Shown one piece after another: positions 31,298 through 42,196 of a stretch of 64,000 bases of DNA. The stretch lies in contig CABQBC010000008.1 in NCBI GenBank assembly GCA_902462305.1, forward strand, positions 20,775 through 84,774, written 5' to 3'. The notes under the pieces are model-generated. The model saw nothing but the letters and a program-made list of their open reading frames with translations, had not been told where the DNA came from and ran no database searches. The number at the start of each line of letters is the position of its first letter. The stretch's first letter is position 1. Position numbers and translations under genes: made by a program. The stretch is from an uncultured Flavobacteriales bacterium. GTDB lineage: Bacteria; Bacteroidota; Bacteroidia; Flavobacteriales; UBA1820.

Positions 31298-31864
31298 ATG
31301 GTTTCAAGAATCATCCGTATTTTCCTCATAGCGGCCCTTACGGGAGTATCCGTATGGCAGTTCTGGGACGGCAATATCGGCAACGGTATATTCAGTATAA
31401 TCCTTGCCCTTATCGTGCTTTTCACTTATTTTAAAAACGAATGGATGCTCATGGCCATGTTCGCCATGAGAAAAAACAACACGGAAAAAGCTGAGCGCTA
31501 CCTTATGCGCATAAAAGACCCTGACCGTGCGCTGGTGCGCCGTGAACGCGCCACTTATTACTTCCTTATCGCTGCGCTCAACTCGCAGAAAAACCTCACG
31601 GAAAGCGAAAAACTGTTCAAACGCTCGCTCGAAATAGGTCTTTCACGTCAGGAACAGGCCATGGCAAAACTCCAGCTATCGGCCATCGCCATGCAGAAAG
31701 GTCGCAAACGCGAAGCCGAGATACTGGTAAACGAAGCTAAGAAACTGGACAAAGGCAACCTTCTGGACGAACAGATAACGATGATAAAACAGGGGCTTAA
31801 ACGCGCACAGGGACAGCCCGGATTTTTCCAGCAACAGCAAATGCGCGGTATGCGCCGCCGTTAA
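31298..31864 (+). CDS. membrane-anchored helical-repeat (TPR-like) protein, unknown function
   Basis: 188 aa with two N-terminal TM helices followed by helical-repeat-like sequence. Confidence 0.55.
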   Translation: MVSRIIRIFLIAALTGVSVWQFWDGNIGNGIFSIILALIVLFTYFKNEWMLMAMFAMRKNNTEKAERYLMRIKDPDRALVRRERATYYFLIAALNSQKNLTESEKLFKRSLEIGLSRQEQAMAKLQLSAIAMQKGRKREAEILVNEAKKLDKGNLLDEQITMIKQGLKRAQGQPGFFQQQQMRGMRRR

Positions 31865-31880
31865 CCGTCACAAAAAAGCA

Positions 31881-32099
31881 ATGGAAGAAAAACGGTTCAG
31901 TCTCTGCGGGGCGGAATACATCGAATTGGACAAACTGCTGAAAATCCTGCGGTTGGTCGAAAGCGGAGGGCAGGCGCACGAATTGATATCCCGCGGACTG
32001 GTACGACGCGACGGCGTTGCCGAAACGCGCAAACGAGCCAAACTGCGCTCCGGTGACTCGGTAGTTTTTCTGGGAAACAGAATAACGGTAGAGCCGTGA
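31881..32099 (+). CDS. RNA-binding S4-domain protein (YbcJ-like)
   Basis: 72 aa. IELDKLLKILRLVESGGQAHELI....V..DG..ETRKRAKLRSGD matches the small S4 domain family. Confidence 0.8.
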   Translation: MEEKRFSLCGAEYIELDKLLKILRLVESGGQAHELISRGLVRRDGVAETRKRAKLRSGDSVVFLGNRITVEP

Positions 32100-32118
32100 T
32101 TTCCACGAGTCTAAACAA

Positions 32119-32155
32119 TAAAAAACCGGCGTGACAATGTCACGCCGGTTTTTTA
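32119..32155. terminator. bidirectional terminator between S4-domain gene and propeller gene
   Basis: A 12-bp perfect stem (accggcgtgaca / tgtcacgccggt) flanked by an A-run and a T-run. Confidence 0.85.
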
Positions 32156-32179
32156 TCCGAACGGCACGTTATTGCGCTT

Positions 32180-33364
32180 TCACCGTTTCAACTTACAGAT
32201 AAGCACTACCGGATTGTCATGCGGATTTATATTTTCAACAGCATTTTTCAAATCCGAAGAAAAATTCCCGCTGAAAACACGCCCGTCGTTTATTTTATCA
32301 AGTATTGCCGCTTTCGACTGATTTATCGTGAATGCATTATAAGAAAGTACAACACAACCGTCCTGTATGAAGCGTAACGTCATATTGAACGGAATTTTTG
32401 TAAATATCTTCCCGGCAAGCGTGGTCGTACCGGATGTTTTGTCGTATATGGCAGTATAAAAATCTACGCCAATATGAAAACCTAAAAACAGCAGATCGTG
32501 CGTACTGCTTACATAATCCGTAGAAACGACATATCGCCCCATATGACCTCCCCGTATCATCTCCAACGGATTTTTGCTTTTCAATTCATATGGAAGGTGC
32601 ATATCGCCAAAATCCAATTTGTATGCCGGCGCTACCTTACCGTTTTTTATCCTGTAAACAGTATCGTCCGTTTGCGTTAAAAACAATACCTCGCCGGCGG
32701 AAGCGGAATAACAATAGAGACCGCTTACCGACGTATATATATCATCTCTGTTGTAAGGGATATATTTTTCGACATTACGGCCATACTTATCCGACGAAAA
32801 AAGCTGGTACGTTTTACCGTCATTGGATTTTGAAGACACATTTACCGAAAAAAGCCTGTCACCGGAAGTAAAAATCATGTTCGAGAAAAAACCTTCGGTC
32901 TTAAAATCACGCACGAAATGTCCGTCAAGCCCGTAGACCAATATTCTGTTTATATAATAATCGGTTATAAATATATTATTCTCATCTATAAACACGTCTG
33001 AAATATCGGTGTACTCGCCAGGGCCTGCACCTATGGAGTGCACTTTATTCACATACTTGCCGGACATATCGAATATGTAAACTCCTTTGGTTTGTTTATC
33101 GAAAACATAAATATGCCCGTTTAAAACGAATATTCGGGAAACTTCAGCTATAAGGCAGTCCTGGTTTGTCTCCAATGGCACTATCTTTATATCGGAAGTA
33201 TCCATTAACGGGGTAATGTCGTATTCTTTTTCCGCAGAAGAAACATCCATCCTTATAACCGGTATATTATTACCGCCTCCGGCATCTTCGCCGGCACATG
33301 AAAATATGATAAAAAGAAACGGTAATACAAACAACGCAGCAAATAAATTCAGTGTAGTTTTCAT
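32180..33364 (-). CDS. 6-bladed beta-propeller lipoprotein (BF3164-like family)
   Basis: 394 aa with the lipobox FSCAG. Family-typical blocks are IVPLETNQDCLIAEVSRI, IYVFD...GVYIFDMSGKYVNKV..IGAGPGEY and DVFIDENN. Confidence 0.8.
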   Translation of the reverse strand: MKTTLNLFAALFVLPFLFIIFSCAGEDAGGGNNIPVIRMDVSSAEKEYDITPLMDTSDIKIVPLETNQDCLIAEVSRIFVLNGHIYVFDKQTKGVYIFDMSGKYVNKVHSIGAGPGEYTDISDVFIDENNIFITDYYINRILVYGLDGHFVRDFKTEGFFSNMIFTSGDRLFSVNVSSKSNDGKTYQLFSSDKYGRNVEKYIPYNRDDIYTSVSGLYCYSASAGEVLFLTQTDDTVYRIKNGKVAPAYKLDFGDMHLPYELKSKNPLEMIRGGHMGRYVVSTDYVSSTHDLLFLGFHIGVDFYTAIYDKTSGTTTLAGKIFTKIPFNMTLRFIQDGCVVLSYNAFTINQSKAAILDKINDGRVFSGNFSSDLKNAVENINPHDNPVVLICKLKR

Positions 33365-33379
33365 AATTTCAAGTATTTT

Positions 33380-33712
33380 TTAATTCCACGCCGAGCTGCA
33401 TGGCTTAGTAGTACATGTTTCCCCTTCGTTATCAATACACTCTATTCTATACCCATGATCTGCTTTGATTAATTGCCCTCCATCAGGAATGTCTTCGAGT
33501 GTATTGGCCTGCCATACGCCAGGTCCGTGATTCGGATGGTCGTAATAGTACAGAATATACAAGCAATAAACCATTTTACCTGATTTATCCTGATATGTCT
33601 GTGTTTCTCCCTCATTTCCTCCGCCGTCATCGCCGGCTTTTGCGAAATTGATAAAAGCTACAGCGAAAAAAAACACGCCTGCAACGATTAAAAATGAATT
33701 TTTCAGTTTCAT
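33380..33712 (-). CDS. small secreted Cys-containing protein, unknown function
   Basis: The likely start is the ATG at 33710-33712 (MKLKNSFLIVAGVFFFAVAFINFAKA, a signal or anchor sequence). The mature part has a Gly/Asp-rich spacer and a C-terminal region with four Cys (C..ECIDNEGETCTTKPC). It ends 16 nt upstream of the propeller gene start. Confidence 0.5.
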   Translation of the reverse strand: MKLKNSFLIVAGVFFFAVAFINFAKAGDDGGGNEGETQTYQDKSGKMVYCLYILYYYDHPNHGPGVWQANTLEDIPDGGQLIKADHGYRIECIDNEGETCTTKPCSSAWN

Positions 33713-33806
33713 AGCACTAATGTTTTGATTGATAAGGCAATTATACACAAAATATTTGTATATAAAAACAATGTTTATTATGTTTGTTAACTAAACAAAA
33801 TAAGCC

Positions 33807-34772
33807 ATGAGAAACTACGCAATCACCATCGCATTTATCGTCATCTCCGCCGGAGTTGTCTTCTGCAAAGGCAGGGAAGTAAAAGGACTACAAAAATGGG
33901 CCACATTCCCCGAACCGGAAAATGTCAAAGGAATATATCCTGAAGGCACTTCCGAGATGGACATTTTCGCCGATAAAATGGAGGGGCTCATATCAATGCT
34001 CCCTTACCCTGCCCGAGAGTGGAAAGAAGGCATAGAAGACATAGCATTCCTGACGATCAAGATAGATAAAAACGGCCGTCCCAGCGGAATGATAAGCAAG
34101 GACACACTCAACGCATTCGATTCGACGGCGCTGAAATTGTTGGATCTGATGCCTAAAAAAATGATACCTGCAATAGCCGACGACGGTAAACCGATAGGCA
34201 TAATGTTCATGCAACCGATTGTTTTCAGAAAAGGCGGAAAAGTCATGCCAGAGGTGAAACACCAGGCAGTGTTCGAAGGCGGGGAAAAATACATTGGCAA
34301 AGAAAAAGAGCTGGAAAAATACAATACCGAAATGATAATCAAATACCTGCGCAAGAATATAAAATACCGGAACTCGGTACAGGAAATGGCAAAAAACGAC
34401 GGTATTGTCGTTAAAATGACTGTCGGAGCGGACGGAAAAGCGAACTGTTACATGGTAAAAAAGTGCTGTTTCCCCGCACTTAACGATGCCATAATGACCG
34501 CACTTAACGCCTACGGCGGCAATATCGAACCGGCACAATACGTAACCGGAGAAAAAACAGAATCGACAATATACCTGCACATAAATCCTGTCAAAGGCGG
34601 GCTTAACAAATATCCGCCTAAAAATTATCATGAAGAATACATGAAGACCATATGGAATGATATTAAATACAGAGAAAATAATGGACCGGCCATCCGTAAC
34701 TACAAACCTCTCGTAAAGCCAAACGGCACTACTTCAAGTCAGACAACAAGCCATTATTCCATAAAGATATAA
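33807..34772 (+). CDS. secreted protein with two TonB-C-terminal-like domains
   Basis: 321 aa with a signal peptide. Two segments resemble the TonB_C fold pattern (YPAREWKEGIEDIAFLTIKIDKNGRPSGM and YRNSVQEMAKNDGIVVKMTVGADGKANCYMV). The assignment is tentative. Confidence 0.5.
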   Translation: MRNYAITIAFIVISAGVVFCKGREVKGLQKWATFPEPENVKGIYPEGTSEMDIFADKMEGLISMLPYPAREWKEGIEDIAFLTIKIDKNGRPSGMISKDTLNAFDSTALKLLDLMPKKMIPAIADDGKPIGIMFMQPIVFRKGGKVMPEVKHQAVFEGGEKYIGKEKELEKYNTEMIIKYLRKNIKYRNSVQEMAKNDGIVVKMTVGADGKANCYMVKKCCFPALNDAIMTALNAYGGNIEPAQYVTGEKTESTIYLHINPVKGGLNKYPPKNYHEEYMKTIWNDIKYRENNGPAIRNYKPLVKPNGTTSSQTTSHYSIKI

Positions 34773-34794
34773 ATCGTGACGGGAAAAACATCCC

Positions 34795-34828
34795 AAAGCC
34801 CCGTTCCTTCGGTTAGGAACGGGGCTTT
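34795..34828 (+). terminator. terminator after 33807-34772
   Basis: A 13-bp perfect stem (aaagccccgttcc / ggaacggggcttt) with an 8-nt loop and a T-rich trail. Confidence 0.75.
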
Positions 34829-35046
34829 ATCTTATCCAGTGACATTGAGGACAACTTACCGGAAAACAAGGACTTTTCCGCCGACGGCATTTTGACAACC
34901 TTTGCCAACCGAAAAACCGCCCTTCGAAAAGTGAAATGCAAAACAGCACCATACCGTAAAATAAAAATATTTGGCAGCCCGGATAAAAGGCCATACATTT
35001 AGCATCCTGAATAAATATATAACAGTACTTATTTAGTTAATAGCAT

Positions 35047-35922
35047 ATGAGATACACCCTGATATCCATACTGTGCATCGTATTGTGTAACGCCGCATAC
35101 GCACAGCAGGATTACAAGAAAAAAGATACGACAAGGCACAAGAACGAATGGCTTGAAAAACGCGACTATCCTTTGCGCGACAGCGTAAGGAGGGAACTGG
35201 AAACCATACCGCCTTTCAGCATTTACAAAGACAATTATTTCGTTACCGGTACGAATTTCGACGGAGGCGTCAACCAGAACAACAGCGACGCGAAGTTTCA
35301 GATAAGTATCATGCACCGCCTTATAAAAGGAGTGCTGCCTCACGACATGTACCTTTTCATCACGTATACACAGAAATCTTTCTGGGATATATACCGCAAA
35401 TCGGCTCCGTTTGAAGACTCGAACTACAATCCGTCCATAGGAATAGGCAACAACATAGTCGTCGACGACCGCGTACTCGGAGTAGGATTCCTTCAGATAG
35501 AACACGAATCGAACGGGTTGGACAGCATATGGAACCGCAGCTGGAACCGGGTGAGCTTTACCGCCATATACATGGTCAACCGCAATTTCAATGTTCAGTT
35601 CAAAGCCTGGATACCGTTCTGGAAAGCCAAGGAAAACAAGGACATAACGCGTTACGCCGGATACTGGCACGTGGCGGGGAATTTCCGGACACAAAACCAG
35701 CGTTTTTCTTTTTCGTCCGTGATAACCAAACGCGGAGGGTGGGACCTCAATGCCAACGTATTCCTCGAAGCGGCATTCCGGCTGACGAAAAAAAGCAATC
35801 AATATATATGCCTGCAATACTACAACGGGTATGCCGAAGGACTGCTCGATTACAACCGTTTCCAGAGCTATCTGCGTTTCGGCATACTGATAAAACCGAA
35901 CAAATGGGTAAGCATATACTGA
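35047..35922 (+). CDS. pldA: outer-membrane phospholipase A
   Basis: 291 aa with a signal peptide, the catalytic HxSNG motif (QIEHESNGLDSIWNRSWNR), and a beta-barrel C-terminus ending in an aromatic residue. Confidence 0.88.
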   Translation: MRYTLISILCIVLCNAAYAQQDYKKKDTTRHKNEWLEKRDYPLRDSVRRELETIPPFSIYKDNYFVTGTNFDGGVNQNNSDAKFQISIMHRLIKGVLPHDMYLFITYTQKSFWDIYRKSAPFEDSNYNPSIGIGNNIVVDDRVLGVGFLQIEHESNGLDSIWNRSWNRVSFTAIYMVNRNFNVQFKAWIPFWKAKENKDITRYAGYWHVAGNFRTQNQRFSFSSVITKRGGWDLNANVFLEAAFRLTKKSNQYICLQYYNGYAEGLLDYNRFQSYLRFGILIKPNKWVSIY

Positions 35923-36084
35923 CGGGAGCGTTTTGCCGCTAAAACCCTGCAATGCGCCTCTTAAAACCATCATATCCGATTTTTTACCGTCATACGGAGG
36001 ATATGTTTGTTTTCGGTCGCAAAATAGCCCTGCGTAACGATAAAAGTCCTATATTTACTCTCGTGCAATAAACGTACGTACAAT

Positions 36085-37170
36085 ATGATAAAGGACAAGT
36101 TCTTAAGGAAAGTCTTCATCCTGCTTGCGCTGGCGTTCCTGTTCTGGTTCCTATGGGCGGTAAAAGGTATTATAATGTACATGGCCGTAGCCTCGATAGT
36201 ATCGCTTGTGGCTACTCCTGCCGTGGATTTCCTGGATGGTCTGCACATAGGGCGCGTTAAAGTGCCGGATACGGCGGCCATAATAATCGTAATGCTCCTC
36301 ATGTTCGTTGTATGCGCCGGAGTGCTGGCGCTGCTGGTCCCGCTGGTGACATCCCAGGCGGAAAACCTTTCGCTTCTCGATGCGGCCAAAGCCAAGGAAA
36401 ACGCCCTTTTGATATACCACAACGCTATGGACATGCTCAAAGACTATGGCGTGATAAAACAAACCCCGGAACTGACCACCGATTACATAAAGACAGTGGA
36501 TTTTTCGTTTATCCCTAACTTTATCAATTCGGTCGTATCGTCCCTCGGCTCGATAATAACGTTCGTGTTTTCGGTCGTATTTTTCGCATTCTTTTTCTTA
36601 AAAGAACGAGGCCGGGCCTCGTCGTTCATACTTTCGGTAGTTCCCGACGGTACGGAAAAAAAAGTGTCCGACATGATGCAGAAAACACGCAGCCTGCTCT
36701 CGCGGTACGTGATAGGGCTGTTGGTGCAGCAGTCGCTGATATTCTGTTTCACGCTCATACTTTTACTTAGTTTCGGAGTGCAGAATCCGTTTATAATAGC
36801 GTTTATAGTGGCGCTTCTCAACATTGTCCCGTACATAGGGCCTTTTATGGGAGGAGTGCTTCTGGTATCGCTGACAATGCTGAGCAATATCTCCCAGCCG
36901 ATAGGCGAACTGATGCCTGTGACACTATGGGTGCTCGGAGGTTTCATAGTCATACAGCTGTTCGACAATTTCGTGTCGCAGCCGCTTATATTCTCAAACT
37001 CGGTAAAAGCCCACCCGATAGAAATATTCACCGTCACGCTCATAGGAGGCACGCTTTTCGGAGTACTCGGCATGATAGTGGCAGTACCGGCATACACCAT
37101 CATACGCATAATGGCAAAAGAATTCTTCTGGGAGTCCAAAATCGTAAGGGTACTGACCAAAAACATATGA
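36085..37170 (+). CDS. AI-2E family transporter (PerM-like permease)
   Basis: 361 aa with about eight TM helices. The conserved block is LNIVPYIGPFMGGVL....QLFDNFVSQPLIFSNSVKAHPIEIF. Confidence 0.85.
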   Translation: MIKDKFLRKVFILLALAFLFWFLWAVKGIIMYMAVASIVSLVATPAVDFLDGLHIGRVKVPDTAAIIIVMLLMFVVCAGVLALLVPLVTSQAENLSLLDAAKAKENALLIYHNAMDMLKDYGVIKQTPELTTDYIKTVDFSFIPNFINSVVSSLGSIITFVFSVVFFAFFFLKERGRASSFILSVVPDGTEKKVSDMMQKTRSLLSRYVIGLLVQQSLIFCFTLILLLSFGVQNPFIIAFIVALLNIVPYIGPFMGGVLLVSLTMLSNISQPIGELMPVTLWVLGGFIVIQLFDNFVSQPLIFSNSVKAHPIEIFTVTLIGGTLFGVLGMIVAVPAYTIIRIMAKEFFWESKIVRVLTKNI

Positions 37171-37188
37171 GCGCGGACATAAATTTCA

Positions 37189-37196
37189 TACCTTTG
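37189..37196 (+). promoter_or_regulatory. Bacteroidota -7 promoter motif upstream of obgE
   Basis: TACCTTTG, 46 nt upstream of the ATG at 37242. Confidence 0.5.
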
Positions 37197-37241
37197 CGAG
37201 ATAAACGGTTTAACGCCCTAAAGGCATAAAATGAAAGGAAA

Positions 37242-38327
37242 ATGGCGGAAAACAATTTCGTGGACTATATAAAAATTCACCTGACTTCAGGCAACGGAGG
37301 AGCGGGGTCCGCACACCTGCGCCGGGAAAAATACATCCCGAAAGGAGGCCCGGACGGCGGCGACGGAGGCCGCGGAGGCCACGTGATAGTAGAAGGCAAT
37401 TCGCACCTGTGGACACTGCAACACCTGCGTTTCCAGCGTCACATAAAAGCCGGACACGGCGACAACGGACACAGAAGCCGCTCATTCGGAGCGGACGGAC
37501 GCGACGAAGTGATACAAGTACCCATAGGAACCGTGATACGCGATGCCGAAACGAAAGAAATCATAGGCGAGATAATGGAGGACGGTCAGCGCATCATAGT
37601 CAAAGAAGGCGGAAAAGGAGGGTTGGGCAACTGGCACTTCCGCTCTTCCACCAACCAGACACCGCGTTATGCCCAGCCCGGCACGCCGGGACAGGAGGGT
37701 TGGGTGATAATGGAACTGAAAGTACTGGCCGACGTCGGTCTGGTAGGCTTTCCCAATGCCGGCAAATCCACACTGCTCGCATCCATAACGGCTGCAAAAC
37801 CTGAAATAGGCGACTATCCGTTCACCACGCTCACGCCTAACCTCGGCATAGTGCCCTACCGCGACGAACGTAGTTTCGTCATGGCCGACATACCGGGTAT
37901 AATAGAAGGCGCAGCCGAAGGGAAAGGCCTGGGCCACCGTTTTTTGCGGCATATCGAACGTAACTCAACGCTGCTGTTCATGATACCGGCGGACAGCCCC
38001 GACCCGATAAAGGAGTACGGCATACTGCTCGGAGAGTTGGAAAAATACAACCCCGAACTGCTGGACAAAGCGCGGGTATTGGCTATAAGCAAGAGCGATA
38101 TTCTCGACAGCGCGCGGATGGACGAAATAGAGGCCGTGCTTCCGGACGACGTACCGCACGTGTTCATATCGTCCGTCACGGGGATGGGGCTCGTATGGCT
38201 CAAGGACATGTTGTGGGAGGCTATGAACAAACAGGCGCGGGATAAAGAGCGCCGCAGTTTCGAGGAGGAACACGACCCCGGCATGCTCGGTGTCCCGTCA
38301 GGCGACCTTCTCGGCGGGGAAGAATAG
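37242..38327 (+). CDS. obgE: GTPase ObgE/CgtA
   Basis: 361 aa with the Obg fold [42 protein letters not shown]1 [11 protein letters not shown]3 DIPG and G4 SKSD. Confidence 0.96.
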   Translation: MAENNFVDYIKIHLTSGNGGAGSAHLRREKYIPKGGPDGGDGGRGGHVIVEGNSHLWTLQHLRFQRHIKAGHGDNGHRSRSFGADGRDEVIQVPIGTVIRDAETKEIIGEIMEDGQRIIVKEGGKGGLGNWHFRSSTNQTPRYAQPGTPGQEGWVIMELKVLADVGLVGFPNAGKSTLLASITAAKPEIGDYPFTTLTPNLGIVPYRDERSFVMADIPGIIEGAAEGKGLGHRFLRHIERNSTLLFMIPADSPDPIKEYGILLGELEKYNPELLDKARVLAISKSDILDSARMDEIEAVLPDDVPHVFISSVTGMGLVWLKDMLWEAMNKQARDKERRSFEEEHDPGMLGVPSGDLLGGEE

Positions 38328-38402
38328 GCAATCGGTGCATATCGTCCGGTAACGGACATCCTCGGCGGTGTTGAAAGCGACATACAAAACTATATATAAC
38401 AG

Positions 38403-39476
38403 ATGGATATAAACGAAAAAAAGATAAACCGCACGCGTTCGTTTGTAAACTGGACGGTAACTATAGTGCTGGCTTTGTTTTTGATACTCCTTTCCTCGTC
38501 CATACTCTACGATATGGGGTCGTCGGTAAAACAGCCGCGATACGAACATTTCACCTCCACTTCGGAAATAACTTCGGCAAGGCGGCATATCGACTCACTG
38601 GAAACATTCCGCACAGCTGTCTTGCGCGAGATAGACACTTTGGAGAAAAAACACGAAGCGTCCAATGCCGATTATGCACGTAAAAAGGAATCGTTCGACA
38701 ACTGGGTGGCCACACGCCGCGCATTGGGACGTCCCGACACCGACAGCGAAGTAGTATCCCGAACAATGGAAACGGACCGCCTGCTCGACACCCTCAAAAA
38801 CGAAGAGGCCGCAATCGGTCAGGCACGCTCCAGGCTCGGAGCCATATCCGAACAGCGGGACGATGCTGAAAACGGATTGAGGGCACTTGAGGAAAAGGCA
38901 ACAGAACTTTTCGAATCGGCCTACAACGTATACCAGTTGAAAATATTCGGGCTGAGGCTTCTTTTGGCAGCTCCTGTACTGGCTCTGGGGATTTGGTTCT
39001 TCATACGTTTCCGCCACCACAAATACAAAGCCCTGTTCCTCGGCTTCTCCCTGTATTCGCTGTACGTTTTCTTCGTAGGGCTTGTGCCTTACCTTCCCAG
39101 TTTCGGAGGATATGTGCGGTACGGAGTGGGCGTATTGCTGGCAGTGTCGCTCGGTTATTACGCGATAAAGTACATAAACACCTATGTGGAGCGCAAACAG
39201 GCCGCACTGAAGGAAGCGGCAGTACAAAGGGCAGCAAAGATACGTCAGGATACGGCTCAAAAGGCTTACGATGCCCATGTATGCCCTTCGTGCGGCAAGG
39301 ACTTTCTGGTCAAACCGTGGGAATACACTGAAAAAGGGCCGAAGGCCAGCTCCTTCTGCCAACACTGCGGCATGGAACTTTATATATCGTGCCCAAATTG
39401 CGGACATGAAAATTTCGCACATTTCCACTACTGCAAATCATGTGGAAAACCGCTCAAAAAAGAACAAAACGATTAA
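38403..39476 (+). CDS. membrane protein with coiled-coil region and C-terminal double zinc ribbon
   Basis: 357 aa. It has an N-terminal TM helix, a charged helical segment, three more TM helices, then CPSCGKDF...CQHCG...CPNCGHEN...CKSCGKPL. Confidence 0.6.
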   Translation: MDINEKKINRTRSFVNWTVTIVLALFLILLSSSILYDMGSSVKQPRYEHFTSTSEITSARRHIDSLETFRTAVLREIDTLEKKHEASNADYARKKESFDNWVATRRALGRPDTDSEVVSRTMETDRLLDTLKNEEAAIGQARSRLGAISEQRDDAENGLRALEEKATELFESAYNVYQLKIFGLRLLLAAPVLALGIWFFIRFRHHKYKALFLGFSLYSLYVFFVGLVPYLPSFGGYVRYGVGVLLAVSLGYYAIKYINTYVERKQAALKEAAVQRAAKIRQDTAQKAYDAHVCPSCGKDFLVKPWEYTEKGPKASSFCQHCGMELYISCPNCGHENFAHFHYCKSCGKPLKKEQND

Positions 39477-39485
39477 GGAAAAAGT

Positions 39486-40151
39486 ATGAACGTAAGAATA
39501 TCGGAAGGATGGGGCCGTATGCTCCGGGAAGAGTTCGACAAGGACTATTTCACTTCCCTGACTGATTTCGTCAGGACCGAATACAAAACTTACAGGGTGT
39601 ATCCGCCTGCGGCGAAGATATTTTCGGCGTTCGATACATGCCCTTTTGAAAACACGAAAGTAGTGATAATAGGCCAGGACCCATACCACGGTTACGGCCA
39701 GGCGCACGGATTGTGTTTCTCGGTAAACGACGGGGTACCCTTCCCCCCTTCCCTTCGCAATATTTTCATAGAGATACAAAACGAAACCGGGAAACCGATA
39801 CCGCCGTCAGGATGCCTTGACCGTTGGGCACGGCAGGGAGTGCTGTTGCTAAACGCCACTCTGACAGTACGCGAAGCCTCTCCCGGCTCGCATCAGGGCA
39901 AAGGCTGGGAACGGTTTACCGACAGCGTAATCGAAACGGTATCGAGGGAAAAAAATAACGTCGTGTTCATGCTTTGGGGCGCATACGCCAGAAGCAAAGC
40001 CCGTCTTATCGACCCCACGCGGCATCTTATACTCGAAGCCAACCATCCAAGCCCATTAAGCGCCAACCGCGGAGGGTGGTTCGGATGCGGACATTTCATG
40101 AAGGCCAACCAGTACCTCCAGTCCAAGGGCTTGCCTATGATAGAATGGTAA
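39486..40151 (+). CDS. ung: uracil-DNA glycosylase (family 1)
   Basis: 221 aa with VVIIGQDPYHG, GVLLLNATLTV and HPSPLSA. Confidence 0.96.
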   Translation: MNVRISEGWGRMLREEFDKDYFTSLTDFVRTEYKTYRVYPPAAKIFSAFDTCPFENTKVVIIGQDPYHGYGQAHGLCFSVNDGVPFPPSLRNIFIEIQNETGKPIPPSGCLDRWARQGVLLLNATLTVREASPGSHQGKGWERFTDSVIETVSREKNNVVFMLWGAYARSKARLIDPTRHLILEANHPSPLSANRGGWFGCGHFMKANQYLQSKGLPMIEW

Positions 40152-40252
40152 AAACGCCACGTGCTAATATGCCGGGCAAAGCATGTAAAAAAAGCATATC
40201 AGTAAAAGAAACGTAAAAAGCAAAACAAAAACACTGTTCCCACACACATAAA

Positions 40253-41317
40253 ATGGCAGCAAACACATTCGGCGAAATTCTGCGCCTTACCACATTCGGA
40301 GAATCGCACGGCCATGCAATAGGCGGCGTGCTGGACGGCATGCCCTCCGGCATACTGCTGGATACCGATGCGGTACAACACGCACTTGACCGACGCCGTC
40401 CCGGACAATCCGGCATTTCCACTCCGAGAAAAGAAAGCGACACGGTGAAAATACTCTCCGGCGTATTCGAAGGGCTCACCACCGGAACACCGATAGGCCT
40501 GCTGATTGAAAACGAAAACCAGCATTCTTCCGACTACTCGGATATGAAAGACAAATTCCGCCCTTCACATGCCGACTACACGTATTTCAAAAAGTACGGC
40601 GTGAGGGACTACCGCGGAGGCGGGCGTTCTTCGGCGCGGGAAACCGCAGTCCGTGTAGCTGCCGGGGCAATAGCAGCGCAAACTCTGCCTGCCGAAGTGA
40701 AAATAACCGCCTATGTTTCGTCCGTGGGAGGCATCTCGTTGTGGGGCGGGTATGAAGATTACGACCTTTCCCGCATAGACGACAATCCTGTGCGTTGTCC
40801 CGATGCGGCAAAGGCCGCGGAAATGGAAGCCCTTATAAAAGAAGTGCGCGCATCAGGAGACAGCATAGGCGGTATAGTGACGTGTATCGCCAGCGGAGTG
40901 CCGGCCGGATGGGGAGAACCGGTATTCGACCGCCTCGAATCTCGTCTTGCGGCAGCGTGCCTGAGCATACCGGCGGCCAAAGGTTTCGAGATAGGAAGCG
41001 GTTTTGCGGGTTCGGCGATGAGAGGGAGCGAACACAACGACGCAATACTTCCGTCGGGACGTACGGCCACAAACCGTTCCGGCGGCGTACAGGGCGGCAT
41101 ATCCAACGGTATGGACATCATGTTCCGCGTGGCATTCAAACCCGTTGCGACAATAATGACTGAGCAAAATACCATCGATATAAACGGAAACGCTGCGGTG
41201 ATAAAATGCCGGGGCCGACACGACCCTTGTGTCGTACCACGCGCAGTGCCTGTGGTAGAAGCTATGACCGCGCTGACATTAGCGGATTTTTTCTTAATTT
41301 CGTCCTCGCGGAAATAG
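40253..41317 (+). CDS. aroC: chorismate synthase
   Basis: 354 aa with N-terminal [15 protein letters not shown], then [17 protein letters not shown] and RHDPCV. Confidence 0.96.
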   Translation: MAANTFGEILRLTTFGESHGHAIGGVLDGMPSGILLDTDAVQHALDRRRPGQSGISTPRKESDTVKILSGVFEGLTTGTPIGLLIENENQHSSDYSDMKDKFRPSHADYTYFKKYGVRDYRGGGRSSARETAVRVAAGAIAAQTLPAEVKITAYVSSVGGISLWGGYEDYDLSRIDDNPVRCPDAAKAAEMEALIKEVRASGDSIGGIVTCIASGVPAGWGEPVFDRLESRLAAACLSIPAAKGFEIGSGFAGSAMRGSEHNDAILPSGRTATNRSGGVQGGISNGMDIMFRVAFKPVATIMTEQNTIDINGNAAVIKCRGRHDPCVVPRAVPVVEAMTALTLADFFLISSSRK

Positions 41318-41509
41318 CGCCTCTGCCCTACCCGCCAACAAACACTTAAAAACCAACAAAAAAGGCAAAAGTAAAATGTGAGACAGGCCTCATCCGGGGA
41401 AAAACCGGAAATTCATCGCGCGCATACATGGCTGATGACCATGTCCGTACAACATTCGCGCCGGCATTAAGACATTGAAATACAGAAAACATACAATCGA
41501 TTTTTTAAA

Positions 41510-42022
41510 ATGGAACTGACAAAATACATACGCGACATACACGATTTTCCGAAAAAAGGCATACTGTTCAAGGATATTACCCCCTTGCTGTTGAGCCCCG
41601 AAGCCACAACCGAAGCCCTTACGCAACTGTGCGCACAGGCGGACGGTCTGGGTGTGACGAAAGTTGCGGCCGTGGAGTCGCGCGGATTCTTTTTCGGCTC
41701 TCTGATAGCCCATCAGTTAGGCGTAGGTTATGTGCCGGTGCGAAAGAAAGGCAAACTGCCCTACGATACTATAAGCATGTCCTATGACCTGGAATACGGT
41801 ACGGACGAACTGGAGATACACACCGATGCCATAAAACCGGGCGATAAAGTCCTGGTGCACGACGATGTGCTGGCTACCGGTGGTACTGCCGAAGCTGTCG
41901 TAAAACTGATAGAGAAAGCCGGAGGTCAGGTAGTGCTGGTATCGTTCCTGATGGAGTTAAAAGCCCTCGGAGGGGCCTCAAAACTCACAGGCCGGAACGT
42001 AAAATGCCTCATGGAATTTTAA
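41510..42022 (+). CDS. apt: adenine phosphoribosyltransferase
   Basis: 170 aa with FPKKGILFKDITPLL and the PRPP motif VLVHDDVLATGGTA. Confidence 0.95.
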   Translation: MELTKYIRDIHDFPKKGILFKDITPLLLSPEATTEALTQLCAQADGLGVTKVAAVESRGFFFGSLIAHQLGVGYVPVRKKGKLPYDTISMSYDLEYGTDELEIHTDAIKPGDKVLVHDDVLATGGTAEAVVKLIEKAGGQVVLVSFLMELKALGGASKLTGRNVKCLMEF

Positions 42023-42196
42023 GAAACGCCGCGTGCGGAAATACCGCACGTTAACAACTCTCGGTCCTTCGCGGATATGTTCCGCGTTAAAGGATTTATC
42101 GCATTTACATGACGGTACGGGAATGCAGTACATATATCATACGCAGTGTTACCACGGATATCCGTACCGTTTTTACAACTTCTAAAGACAAATTAT

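Noticed and set aside
35029-35973. 314-aa minus-strand ORF covering the whole pldA locus
   Set aside because: This is a shadow ORF. The plus-strand frame has a signal peptide and the phospholipase A catalytic HxSNG motif, while the antisense translation has no recognisable features. The same reasoning applies to other long antisense ORFs: 30170-31183, 21242-22105, 26301-27080, 5186-5965, 38595-39428, 36483-37166 and 22089-22862.
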